From positions 3,174 through 67,173 of the forward strand of contig JAUYMR010000042.1 in NCBI GenBank assembly GCA_030698695.1: DNA of 64,000 bases, in the 5' to 3' direction. How positions within the stretch are numbered: position 1 is the first letter of the stretch; each line of letters begins with the position of its first letter. The notes under the pieces are model-generated. The model ran no database searches. It saw only the letters and a list, made by a program, of their open reading frames with translations, and was not told where the DNA came from. This DNA is from a bacterium. GTDB lineage: Bacteria; Patescibacteriota; Minisyncoccia; UBA6257; WO2-44-18. Below, piece after piece: positions 1 to 10,605 of this stretch. The translations under genes and the position numbers were made by a program.

Positions 1-891
1 GCCGATGAAAATGACAAGACCTATGAACGCGCCATTTCGGCTAGAACTTTTGACATCATGCGTGGCTTCCTTCCATTTTCAGCCACAACCTTCGTTGCTT
101 GGACTACTAACTTGCGCCAAGCGGCCGATAGATTGGAAATACTGCGTCACCATCCCCTAGCGGAAATTCGTGAAGTTGTTGAATTAATTTTTGATAATCT
201 TAGAAAGCGTTATCCGAAATCTTTTTCCCACAAAATCCGACCCGAACAAAACGCGTATTGGGAAAAAGTTAATGAAAGTGTTTATTATCAACCCGCATAT
301 GATCCGGGCTTCAGTTTTCAACATTTAATTTGTCAAAGAGATCTGAATCGTTATGCCAACTTGTTCGCCAATAGACCAAATCATGCCGATCTCCCCAATT
401 TCTTGGAAAGTCTCGGACAAATACACATCACTTTTATGCTGGATGGCGGATCTTGGCGAGATCTGCAACGACATCGCGCCTGCATCATCAGAGTTCCACT
501 TTTTGAAACCAAATGGGGATTCTATCCTTGGTATCTGGAACAATTGACGCCCATCCTCAAAGAAGAAGCCGAAAATATCATTAATTTGCAAATCAAGCGT
601 ATTAACAATTTGGACGCCGATCCTATCACTAAACAATATTATTTAGCGATGGGCTTTTCAGCTCCTATGCGCATCGTAGGAGGTCTGCCGGCAATCGTTT
701 ATCTTCTTGAATTGCGCTGTAGCAAAACAGTCCATCCCACTTTGCGTCAGCGGGCGCAAGAGATGGCCAAAGCCTTTATTACCGCCTTTCCCATAATTAA
801 AATATATGCCGATCTTAATCCGCACGACTGGGACATCAAACGCGGCACACAAACAATAACTGACGCTGATGGCCGCGCTATCAGTGATTAA
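1..891 (+). CDS. thyX: FAD-dependent thymidylate synthase ThyX-like protein, 5'-truncated by the window edge
   Basis: Frame is open from base 1 (ADENDKTYERAISARTFDIMRGFLP). Motifs RDLQRHR and YLLELRCSKTVHPTLR are typical of tandem-domain ThyX. Confidence 0.75.
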   Translation, partial: ADENDKTYERAISARTFDIMRGFLPFSATTFVAWTTNLRQAADRLEILRHHPLAEIREVVELIFDNLRKRYPKSFSHKIRPEQNAYWEKVNESVYYQPAYDPGFSFQHLICQRDLNRYANLFANRPNHADLPNFLESLGQIHITFMLDGGSWRDLQRHRACIIRVPLFETKWGFYPWYLEQLTPILKEEAENIINLQIKRINNLDADPITKQYYLAMGFSAPMRIVGGLPAIVYLLELRCSKTVHPTLRQRAQEMAKAFITAFPIIKIYADLNPHDWDIKRGTQTITDADGRAISD

Positions 892-895
892 ACCC

Positions 896-924
896 AAAAC
901 CCCCGACAATCATCGGGGGTTTTT
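896..924. terminator. Bidirectional intrinsic terminator between convergent thyX and groEL
   Basis: AAAACCCCCGA-caatca-TCGGGGGTTTT hairpin with A/T tails on both sides. Confidence 0.75.
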
Positions 925-975
925 AGCTGTTCTCTCACATGTTATCTCTCCAACTAACTATTTAATAATTTCCAG

Positions 976-2706
<1,731 letters not shown>

Positions 2707-2771
2707 TTAAATTCTCTAAATATTTTTTAATTCTGATTTGTTTAGGATTTAGCGTTTCGGATTTATCACGA

Positions 2772-3062
2772 TTATTCTATGATCGCGAGTATATCATCCT
2801 CATCACCAACTAAATATTTTTTACTATCAACCTCTATTTCGTCAGGGCCGTATTTTTTAAACAAAACTACGTCGCCGACCTTGACCGACATAGCTATGCG
2901 CTCTCCTTTCTCATTAAGCTTACCCGGACCTGTTGCCAAAATTTTACCCTTCATCGGCTTCTCTCTTTCAGCCGTATCCGGGATAACAATTCCCGACTTA
3001 GTAGTTTTGTCCTCGCTAACGGGCTCTATAAAAACACGATTTGATAATGGTTTTAAATTCAT
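2772..3062 (-). CDS. groS: Co-chaperonin GroES
   Basis: LKPLSNRV, TKSGIVIPDTA, VKVGDVVLF; directly upstream of groEL. Confidence 0.99.
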   Translation of the reverse strand: MNLKPLSNRVFIEPVSEDKTTKSGIVIPDTAEREKPMKGKILATGPGKLNEKGERIAMSVKVGDVVLFKKYGPDEIEVDSKKYLVGDEDDILAIIE

Positions 3063-3126
3063 ATTTTATTTATATTATTCATTTAAATTAGCTATATTCC
3101 TCCCTGCTGGAAAGTATAATCGCTAT

Positions 3127-3153
3127 CTGGCACTCTCGACCTAAGAGTGCTAA
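3127..3153 (-). promoter_or_regulatory. CIRCE element (HrcA operator) of groESL
   Basis: Minus strand reads TTAGCACTC-N9-GAGTGCCAG against consensus TTAGCACTC-N9-GAGTGCTAA. Confidence 0.92.
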
Positions 3154-3157
3154 GAGT

Positions 3158-3187
3158 ATTGTATATTACAACTATTAAAAACGTCAA
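3158..3187 (-). promoter_or_regulatory. Putative sigma70 promoter of groESL
   Basis: TTGACG-18 nt-TACAAT on the minus strand immediately upstream of CIRCE. Confidence 0.65.
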
Positions 3188-3202
3188 TAGGTTTTGTTAA
3201 AA

Positions 3203-3225
3203 ACAGCCCCGCTAAACGGGGCTGT
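3203..3225 (-). terminator. Intrinsic terminator after the 3231-3668 gene
   Basis: ACAGCCCCG-ctaaa-CGGGGCTGT followed by a T-run on the minus strand. Confidence 0.7.
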
Positions 3226-3230
3226 GGGGG

Positions 3231-3668
3231 CTACAACAAATCAACTCTAATCTTGTGACGAAAGAAAGGACGCCTGGATTTTCTATCTTTTAAAACCCAG
3301 TAGAAAATCTTTTTAACATCTCTTACTACGCGCTTATCGGAATAACTGATCTTTACCAATAAACATAATGTATTGCGACTGAATTTGGAGTTGCGCAAAA
3401 ACGTCTCATAAGATCTGTCCGTAGATTTAATCTGAAGAACGAATACGCGTCTCATAATCTTTGGACGTCTGAGACTTCGTTTTTCAAAGACAACTACAAT
3501 ATCAACCTTTTTAGCGTCAAGTCTGCTAATTTTTTTAGACGCGTGCCGGTAGGTTCGGGCGGCCCTAACAATGGACCATCCGCGAAAAGCTTGATGAGCA
3601 GTCTGCAAACTCAAAATCGCCTGCAAACATCTTTCTTCTGCCCGCAATCCAGCTTCTACCACTAGCAA
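3231..3668 (-). CDS. Hypothetical basic protein with PD-(D/E)xK-like motif (G-x-x-A-E...D...QIK)
   Basis: 145 aa ORF with AAGGAG RBS and its own terminator; GLRAEE, VDIVVVF, VLQIKS. Confidence 0.5.
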   Translation of the reverse strand: MLVVEAGLRAEERCLQAILSLQTAHQAFRGWSIVRAARTYRHASKKISRLDAKKVDIVVVFEKRSLRRPKIMRRVFVLQIKSTDRSYETFLRNSKFSRNTLCLLVKISYSDKRVVRDVKKIFYWVLKDRKSRRPFFRHKIRVDLL

Positions 3669-3744
3669 ACTCCTTTATCTCGTTTTGTTTTAAAACTTCT
3701 AAGATCAATCTATAACAAACAAAAAATAATTGCAATCTTTTTAA

Positions 3745-4449
3745 TTACCACCCCTCTTGTCGTTGATACTCAGCAATTCTTCTAGTGTCAGGATGAAATT
3801 CCAATTCAGCATCGCCATATTTAATACGCGGCTCATAGCCGGGCCTGTCCGTCTTAAGACTTCGCTCAATTTTTCTAGTTTGAATTGTTTTAAAATATTT
3901 CTCTATTTTATTCCCCAACCAGCCCGCTAAAATGGTTTCTAAAAATCTCTTATCTATAGCTCCCGACCTGCCATCATATCTTAAATCATCTTCTAAAATA
4001 ACCGATTCCCCCAACCAATCATGATTAGCCGCCCAAAAATCATCAATCATATTCGCATCTCCAAAAATAGGAACTAAATTTTTATAAAGTTTCTGCCAAT
4101 AATAATTGTGAGGTGGCGACAACCGCCACGATTGATTAGTTACAAAATGATTAAGGCATATTTTATCGGCTGCCGATTCTTTATGGCTTAATTTACGCCT
4201 GCGCCAACCCAACAATCCCAGAACAACAACGGCCACAGCCCGGGCGGTAAAAATCCTGCCTTGTTTTACGCTTATCAAAACGTCAAAATCAGAACTCTCA
4301 TGAACATTGCCAGTAGCCAATGACCCGGCCGCTAAAACAAAATCCACGAAGGGCAAATGACGAAAAATCCAAGTACGTTTTGAAAGTTTGCGCCACTTTA
4401 TATCATAAAGCACTTGTTGTTGCCGTCGCTTCACAATATCTTTATCCAT
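3745..4449 (-). CDS. Pol-beta superfamily nucleotidyltransferase domain protein
   Basis: AGSLATGNVHESSDFDV = GS-x10-DxD motif; KICLNHF. Confidence 0.7.
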   Translation of the reverse strand: MDKDIVKRRQQQVLYDIKWRKLSKRTWIFRHLPFVDFVLAAGSLATGNVHESSDFDVLISVKQGRIFTARAVAVVVLGLLGWRRRKLSHKESAADKICLNHFVTNQSWRLSPPHNYYWQKLYKNLVPIFGDANMIDDFWAANHDWLGESVILEDDLRYDGRSGAIDKRFLETILAGWLGNKIEKYFKTIQTRKIERSLKTDRPGYEPRIKYGDAELEFHPDTRRIAEYQRQEGW

Positions 4450-4455
4450 AAAAAA

Positions 4456-5514
4456 CTAGCCGTCAGCTTCGCTGGCTGGCTTTTCTAATTGCTGAACCTC
4501 AATACCAACCGCGTCACCGGTTATCTTTAAAACATCTTTATCTATTTTGCCAAATTCCTTATAAGCATGGTTATACATACTGACTGTTGTGCTAAGATTT
4601 TTGCCCAATTTATCCATATAATTATCATAACTACCGAGATGCTTGCCCAAATTTTCAACTTGTTTAACAATTTCCTTGGCTTGTTCGGAAATCTTTTGAT
4701 TGCGCAAACCCTGCAATACCGTTTGCAGATAAGCCGTAAACGACGTCGGCGAAACAACGATAACTTTTTTCTGACCAGCGTAATTAATTAAATTTCTTGT
4801 TTCGTCCGTAACGGCGCCAACTTTATTTATTAATAAATCGTAATAAATAGCTTCCGAGGGGATGAACATAAAAGCGAAATCCATTGTATTTTCTTCTGGC
4901 TTCACATACTTTGATGTCTCATCAATGCGAATCTTAATATCAGAGACCAATGCCGCTTCATATTTTTTCTTTTCCGTAGGATCGCGAGCTTCTAAAATAC
5001 GATTATAATTCTCCAAACTAAACTTAGAATCAATGGGGATTATTCTTTTATCAACAAATACAACCGCGTCAACAATCACGCCATCGCTAAAACCATACTG
5101 CATCTGATAAGACCCGGGTGGCAATACGTTTTTTAGAACTGTTTCCAGATAATACTCTCCCAAAATGCCGCGTTGTTTTGGATTTTTTAAAATGTCTTGC
5201 AAATTTTGTAATTGATCGGCAAAGCTAATAACTTGCCGGTTGGTTTCGTCAAGTTTGGTCAAGCGCTCAGTTACGTCGCGAATGATTTTAGCAGACTCAG
5301 AAAATTGATGCCGCACAGCTTCTTGAGTCTGGCGAGAAGATTCGCCCATCTTAGAATCCAATGTACGGGCGATTTCATTAAGCTGATTTTGCAACAATAA
5401 TAGAGATTTATCTTCGGTTGGTTTCTGCGATGATTGTTTTTTTATAAACGAAAAAAGAACCGCGAAGCCCACGATTACAGCTGTCAATATAACTATAAAA
5501 AATGTCCATTGCAT
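4456..5514 (-). CDS. rmuC: DNA recombination protein RmuC
   Basis: N-terminal TM helix plus coiled coil; RGILGE, IDSKF, DFAFMFIPSE, VSPTS. Confidence 0.92.
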   Translation of the reverse strand: MQWTFFIVILTAVIVGFAVLFSFIKKQSSQKPTEDKSLLLLQNQLNEIARTLDSKMGESSRQTQEAVRHQFSESAKIIRDVTERLTKLDETNRQVISFADQLQNLQDILKNPKQRGILGEYYLETVLKNVLPPGSYQMQYGFSDGVIVDAVVFVDKRIIPIDSKFSLENYNRILEARDPTEKKKYEAALVSDIKIRIDETSKYVKPEENTMDFAFMFIPSEAIYYDLLINKVGAVTDETRNLINYAGQKKVIVVSPTSFTAYLQTVLQGLRNQKISEQAKEIVKQVENLGKHLGSYDNYMDKLGKNLSTTVSMYNHAYKEFGKIDKDVLKITGDAVGIEVQQLEKPASEADG

Positions 5515-5645
5515 AACTTAATAATAGCATAGCTCCTCAAATGAAAAACCCTCTCTCAATAAATACCCTGGGCAATAATTCTTCGCCTTTTTTTATCGCA
5601 GGTGGCAAAAAGCTTAAGTTTCAAAGCAATCTTAGCTTATCACGC

Positions 5646-5682
5646 AATTGAAAAGAGCGCCCTCACAGCGCTCTTTTCAATT
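5646..5682. terminator. Strong hairpin, likely an intrinsic terminator
   Basis: AATTGAAAAGAGCGC-cctcaca-GCGCTCTTTTCAATT, perfect 15-bp stem. Confidence 0.7.
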
Positions 5683-5852
5683 AGTTTTCTTCACCGAGTC
5701 AGACTCGGTTTAGTCTAACTCACCCTGTTATGACAAGTCTCATAAACAAAGTAACACGTATGTGTACTATCAATAGTAGCATATTGATAATATATAATAA
5801 AATCCCCTTGTGGATAACTCCAAATTCACGCGATTAGTAATTTAAAATCACT

Positions 5853-6419
5853 CTACGCACTCAACACTACGAGGCCAACTATCAAGATGCCCACAAAATT
5901 CGCGATAAACGACAGCCATATGAAAGATTTTACGCTTAACTTTGAAATTCCCATCATGGCCAATCCAATCTCATCTGGCAACGGCGAGGCCACTAATAAA
6001 AATCCCAATATGGGCAATAGACGATGCCAAAACGCCATTTTCATAATATGCCTCCACCCCTTATCGTCGCCACCGTTAATTAAAGCCATAAAATCATCGG
6101 AAATGCGGTCTTTTACAAAACTGAATAATATAAAATCGCCCACCACAGAGCCAATGGCTCCAACAATCACGACCGGCCACAGACCAATATCCGCAACTAA
6201 GGCGGCTAGAGTCGCCACCGCCACACCAACCGTCAATACTGATGTAAAAAACATACCGGCTATAAAGATGGCCAAAAACTCAAACTCTTTTGATTGCGCC
6301 AATATCGCGTCAACAACTCCTAATTTCACCAAAAATATAGCCAACAAAACACCCACCAACAGGATAATAAAATTGCGCTGGAGATGACGCTTTATTTCGG
6401 CCGGACTAGTTTTCTGCAT
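5853..6419 (-). CDS. Multi-pass membrane protein (VTT/DedA-like)
   Basis: Hydrophobic helices; GAIGSVVGD and ASPLPDEIG motifs. Confidence 0.6.
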   Translation of the reverse strand: MQKTSPAEIKRHLQRNFIILLVGVLLAIFLVKLGVVDAILAQSKEFEFLAIFIAGMFFTSVLTVGVAVATLAALVADIGLWPVVIVGAIGSVVGDFILFSFVKDRISDDFMALINGGDDKGWRHIMKMAFWHRLLPILGFLLVASPLPDEIGLAMMGISKLSVKSFIWLSFIANFVGILIVGLVVLSA

Positions 6420-7032
6420 TAATAACTATTTTCTCTAACACTATATCTTTCAGCGGCAACGACAATTCGCCGGCGCCATTATATGTCACTGAGGTATCGG
6501 CTATAGCATCCAATACGTCCCAACCATCTATAACTTGTCCGAAAATCACATAATTTTTGGGCAATGGATAATCTTGATGCATAATAAAAAACTGACTACC
6601 GTTAGTATCTGGACCGGCATTGGCCATGGCTACTATGCCGCGTTTATAATCTCTGGCGATAGATTCATCAGGAAATCTGTAGCCCGGCCCTCCAGTACCA
6701 TCGCCTTTAGGATCACCGCCTTGAATCATAAAATTTTTAATAACGCGATGAAACTTGGTATTGTCATAAAAATTCTGCTGGGCTAAAAAGACGAAGTTAT
6801 TAACCGTTACCGGAACTTCCTCGGTAAAAAGCTCTATCTTAATATTGCCCCCCGAAGTAAACAATTCAGCGATATACTGCTTATCTCTATCAATGGTAAA
6901 TAACGGGGGCTCCTGCCAATTTTTGATCATATTATCTGATGTCATATTTGATTTATTCAACCAATTATTCGCGACTACAATTAGTATTATTATGCCGATC
7001 AAGACGATTATATAGTTTATTATAGTTTTCAT
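6406..7032 (-). CDS. Cyclophilin-type peptidyl-prolyl isomerase with N-terminal anchor
   Basis: FHRVIKNFMIQGGDPKGDGTGGPGY, AMANAGPDTNGSQFFI. Confidence 0.95.
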   Translation of the reverse strand: MKTIINYIIVLIGIIILIVVANNWLNKSNMTSDNMIKNWQEPPLFTIDRDKQYIAELFTSGGNIKIELFTEEVPVTVNNFVFLAQQNFYDNTKFHRVIKNFMIQGGDPKGDGTGGPGYRFPDESIARDYKRGIVAMANAGPDTNGSQFFIMHQDYPLPKNYVIFGQVIDGWDVLDAIADTSVTYNGAGELSLPLKDIVLEKIVINAEN

Positions 7033-7036
7033 ATTT

Positions 7037-7648
7037 CTATTTAAACACCACTAATCTATAAGCCATAAAATTCCACAGCAACGAAGGCGCTACTGCTATT
7101 AATTTAGCAATATTTTCCCAAAGAGGCAAAGAAATACCAGTCAGCTGTATAAACGTCGTAAGTCCATAAACGATAGCTGTATTTATAACCAATCCCCCAA
7201 AACTAGCCAAAACAAACTTGATATATTCACCTCTGTTGATGGGGTCCACATTTCTAAAGGTCCAAAATTTATTAAAAATATAACTATTGGTAACAGCTAT
7301 AGAAAAAGAAATCACATTAAAAATAATAATCATCGGTCCTTGATAAACTTGAAATATTAAACTCAATAAGTTTAATATGCTGAGATCCAAAATGGCGTTA
7401 AATGAACCAATGGCGGCGAATTTTGTAAACTGCCACATAGCCGGCCAATTATGACCCGTAATTCCACCCACCCATAAAGCCGCGTTAGCAAAAATAAAAA
7501 AAGACATCACCAACAGGCCGACGTTTAAAAAGGTTAATGACCAAAACCCGGGATTAATATTTTCCAACACCGGAACCAACAAAATCCCAAAACCAATACC
7601 TATTAAGGAAACTAAAAAATAATCGTTTTTTGCGGCAACGGAGTTCAT
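7037..7648 (-). CDS. GtrA family membrane protein
   Basis: QFTKFAAIG, NSYIFNKFWTF, WNFMAYRLVVFK. Confidence 0.85.
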   Translation of the reverse strand: MNSVAAKNDYFLVSLIGIGFGILLVPVLENINPGFWSLTFLNVGLLVMSFFIFANAALWVGGITGHNWPAMWQFTKFAAIGSFNAILDLSILNLLSLIFQVYQGPMIIIFNVISFSIAVTNSYIFNKFWTFRNVDPINRGEYIKFVLASFGGLVINTAIVYGLTTFIQLTGISLPLWENIAKLIAVAPSLLWNFMAYRLVVFK

Positions 7649-8310
7649 GTAAATCTTTTCAAAAAATTGATTATTTTTTCTGACAGCTCTTGATGAGTTT
7701 CCAATAAATCCGTACCGTGACCACCGCTTCTATAAATCATCACCTCTTTGACAATATTTACAGACACTAACTTGGCTAGCTGTTGATTCATAGTCGCGCA
7801 ATTACCACCAGAACGATTATCGTCTTCACTGGCTACCAACACAATCCCCTGCCCTGAAGCCAATTTAGGCACGAAGGCTGCCGCATTAACACCGTGATAA
7901 TTTAAGCCGGCAGATAATAAAACCGCCGCCCTGGCGCTATGATATTCAGCTAAATACCGCAGAGACAAATTGGCGCCGATAGAAGCGCCTACCAAAAAAA
8001 TATTTTTATCAACAGCGCCAAATCTCTTTAGCTGTTCTGTGGCGGCCACTAAATCCAAAAAACTTTTTTGATGATCGTCATCGCTAAAATCCCTATAGCC
8101 ATCCGGCCCCCCATCGGATTGGCCATGACCACGCAAATCTATAGCTATGGAAGCTAGATTATATTTTTGAGCTAGGGTAGCAAAGTTAACCCAAGACTCT
8201 TTAGTGGCCGGCATCATATGAACTAATAACAAATAGCCAACTGGTTTATCAACCGGATAATAATTATAGGCAATCCTAATATTATCTGTTGTTTGTAAAA
8301 AACTAGGCAT
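7645..8310 (-). CDS. Alpha/beta hydrolase
   Basis: DLRGHGQS, nucleophile GASIG, C-terminal GHGT. Confidence 0.85.
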   Translation of the reverse strand: MPSFLQTTDNIRIAYNYYPVDKPVGYLLLVHMMPATKESWVNFATLAQKYNLASIAIDLRGHGQSDGGPDGYRDFSDDDHQKSFLDLVAATEQLKRFGAVDKNIFLVGASIGANLSLRYLAEYHSARAAVLLSAGLNYHGVNAAAFVPKLASGQGIVLVASEDDNRSGGNCATMNQQLAKLVSVNIVKEVMIYRSGGHGTDLLETHQELSEKIINFLKRFT

Positions 8311-8349
8311 AAATATGCAATCTACGATTAAACCATCGGATTATTGCTT

Positions 8350-9102
8350 CTATCTAATTTCGTAAGTCACGCTAATCACAACGTTGAGCTCCTGGCTCCC
8401 AGGCTCAATAGTCGGAGCCATGGCCATATCCTCAGCTACAGCGCCACCCAAAGCTCTATAAATGGGCCCTGGCGGATAATATCCTTGAGATTCAGAAAAG
8501 GTAACCACTCTTTTTATACTCACGCCATTTTGTTTGGCCATAACTTTGGCCTTAGAATAAGCCTTGGCGAAAGCCTCAGCTCGAGCCTGATTAAGATAAA
8601 CATCTTGATCATCAACCTCAAATCGCAACTGACCTATTTCATTTACCCCTAAATTGGGTAGTCCGGCCAAAATAAATGAAATTTTAGAGAAGTCTCTTAT
8701 CTTTAGAGACACGCCTTGAACTAACTGATATCCCGAAATAAAAGTCTGACGCCTCTCTTTATCATATTCATAGCGCGGGTAAAGATTATACTGCGAGGTT
8801 TGAATATCGTCTGATTTGATTCCTTGATCTTTTACAAAATCAATCGCCGCGTTAATCTTCTGCGTATTATTTTCCTGAATCTTTACCGGATCAACTCCTT
8901 CTGAAATTACAGAAAAACTCACTTGGGCTATGTCCGGAGTTGCCACCGCCTTACCCTCAGCTGAAACCATAATTGTTCTTGATGGAGCTAAAGATGATCC
9001 ATAACTACCAACCACCTTAACGCCATACAGCATACCCACTATTAATACCGCCAAACCAACATTGATTAATGTCCAGAATATATTTTTTGAATCCAATCTC
9101 AT
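8350..9102 (-). CDS. SIMPL (DUF541) domain protein
   Basis: VSAEGKAVATPDIA, DIQTSQYNLYPRY, IEPGSQEL..V.YEI. Confidence 0.9.
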   Translation of the reverse strand: MRLDSKNIFWTLINVGLAVLIVGMLYGVKVVGSYGSSLAPSRTIMVSAEGKAVATPDIAQVSFSVISEGVDPVKIQENNTQKINAAIDFVKDQGIKSDDIQTSQYNLYPRYEYDKERRQTFISGYQLVQGVSLKIRDFSKISFILAGLPNLGVNEIGQLRFEVDDQDVYLNQARAEAFAKAYSKAKVMAKQNGVSIKRVVTFSESQGYYPPGPIYRALGGAVAEDMAMAPTIEPGSQELNVVISVTYEIR

Positions 9103-9113
9103 ATTTTTTATAT

Positions 9114-9845
9114 TTAATAATTTTTGGCTATTGCGACTATTTTTTTAATTTCATCTGATTTCAAGCTCGCGCCACCAACCAAAGCGCCGTCAATATCTTG
9201 ATTTTTTAAAAAATCATCGGCATTAATACTCGTAACAGATCCTCCATAAATAATTTTAGCATTTAACGAGGAATTAATGGCGTGTATGGTTTTTTTAATA
9301 AACTTGGTTATCTCAACGGTATCGGCCGGGACATCTGGAACACCAGTTCCTATGGCCCAAATCGGCTCATAAGCGATAACGATGTCTAATTGGTTGATCT
9401 CTGAATCGATTAAATAACTCAAACCTGTTTTTAATTCGCGCTCAATCACGGCCTTAGTTTGACCGCTATCGTGTTCGCTCTTGGTCTCGCCAACGCATAG
9501 AATCGGTTTTAACCCGACATCAATAACTGCTTTTATTTTTTTAGCTATCATTTCGTCGGTTTCTCCAAGATTCTGTCGCCGCTCGGAATGGCCGATGATA
9601 ACATATTTAGCGCCAAGATTCTGAAGCTGTGTTGCGGAAACCTCGCCCGTGTAAGCGCCCGCCGTTTCCCAAAACACATCTTGAGATCCCAAAACAGCGT
9701 TTTTAATACTATCTCCAACACTATTTATAAAAATAAACGGCGGACAAATGATTAACCCAGCGACATCACTATTAGTAGCTAATTCCACGGCTTCCCCTAT
9801 TGAATGCGGGTTCATTTTCCAATTCGCTACGACTAATTTACTCAT
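9114..9845 (-). CDS. tpiA: Triosephosphate isomerase
   Basis: ANWKMN, GHSERR, AYEPIWAIGTG, YGGSV, LVGGASL. Confidence 0.98.
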   Translation of the reverse strand: MSKLVVANWKMNPHSIGEAVELATNSDVAGLIICPPFIFINSVGDSIKNAVLGSQDVFWETAGAYTGEVSATQLQNLGAKYVIIGHSERRQNLGETDEMIAKKIKAVIDVGLKPILCVGETKSEHDSGQTKAVIERELKTGLSYLIDSEINQLDIVIAYEPIWAIGTGVPDVPADTVEITKFIKKTIHAINSSLNAKIIYGGSVTSINADDFLKNQDIDGALVGGASLKSDEIKKIVAIAKNY

Positions 9846-9950
9846 TGTAACTAATTATAACACGTCCTTAATGTAGATTTACGGCAATAGACAAAAAATG
9901 GCGACTATCACTTCTCGCGGGAAAATTCATAATATCTTCAATGGTTATTC

Positions 9951-10025
9951 TGGTGCCAGGGGCGAGGATCGAACTCGCGACCTGACGCTTATGAAACGTC
10001 TGCTCTGCCACTGAGCTACCCTGGC
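9951..10025 (-). tRNA. tRNA with CAT anticodon (elongator Met or Ile2)
   Basis: GCCAGGG acceptor stem, GACGT-TTCATAA-GCGTC anticodon arm, GTTCGATC T-loop, encoded CCA. Confidence 0.92.
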
Positions 10026-10158
10026 ATATATCGTTGAAAATAATTCTATAAAACATCCACCCCATTATTGAACTACGCCGGCCTGTATTATTAGCTATAT
10101 CAGAGACAAGCAAAATAACAGCTAAAACTATTATAACCATTAACCATCAAAATACAAC

Positions 10159-10530
10159 TTATGATAAAAATTCTTTGACTCGTTTGCTGAGCTCTTCCAA
10201 TGAACAATTGGCCTTGACTATGTAGGCATCGACTTTAAGACCCATGCTTTCTAACGATTCCTCTTGGCCGGAAAGATTGGTAAAAACAAAAACCGGCGTA
10301 TTAACAAACGGAGACTGTGGGTCGCGTATTTTCTTCAACACATCAGTACCCGGCATTTCTGGTAAAATTATATCCAACAATATGAGGTCTGGCTTAAACT
10401 GACTAAGCTTATCTACTGCTTGCAAACCGTCAGTCGCGATATCAATTTCATAACCATCACTACGCAGGCTATCCGCGATAGCGTTAGCTAATATCTTTTC
10501 ATCTTCTACTACTAAAATTTTCTTGCCCAT
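10159..10530 (-). CDS. Single-domain response regulator receiver
   Basis: MGKKILVVEDE, DLILLDIILP, FTN, YIVKA; no output domain. Confidence 0.92.
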   Translation of the reverse strand: MGKKILVVEDEKILANAIADSLRSDGYEIDIATDGLQAVDKLSQFKPDLILLDIILPEMPGTDVLKKIRDPQSPFVNTPVFVFTNLSGQEESLESMGLKVDAYIVKANCSLEELSKRVKEFLS

Positions 10531-10605
10531 AAATTTATTCTTTTTAGCAAATATATTTTTAAAAAATGACCACTTGTTCATATTATAACACAAAATATTA
10601 ATTTG

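Noticed and set aside
3745-4449. Nucleotidyltransferase as a CCA-adding enzyme or toxin-antitoxin/CBASS component
   Set aside because: Four tRNAs lack an encoded CCA, but this protein shows no class II CCA motifs, and no HEPN or effector partner is adjacent.
9868-10140. ORFs overlapping tRNAs (also 48043-48237, 51221-51484, 54248-54702, 57259-57522)
   Set aside because: These are shadow translations of tRNA genes with no protein motifs; parts are discussed only as recombinase-tail remnants.
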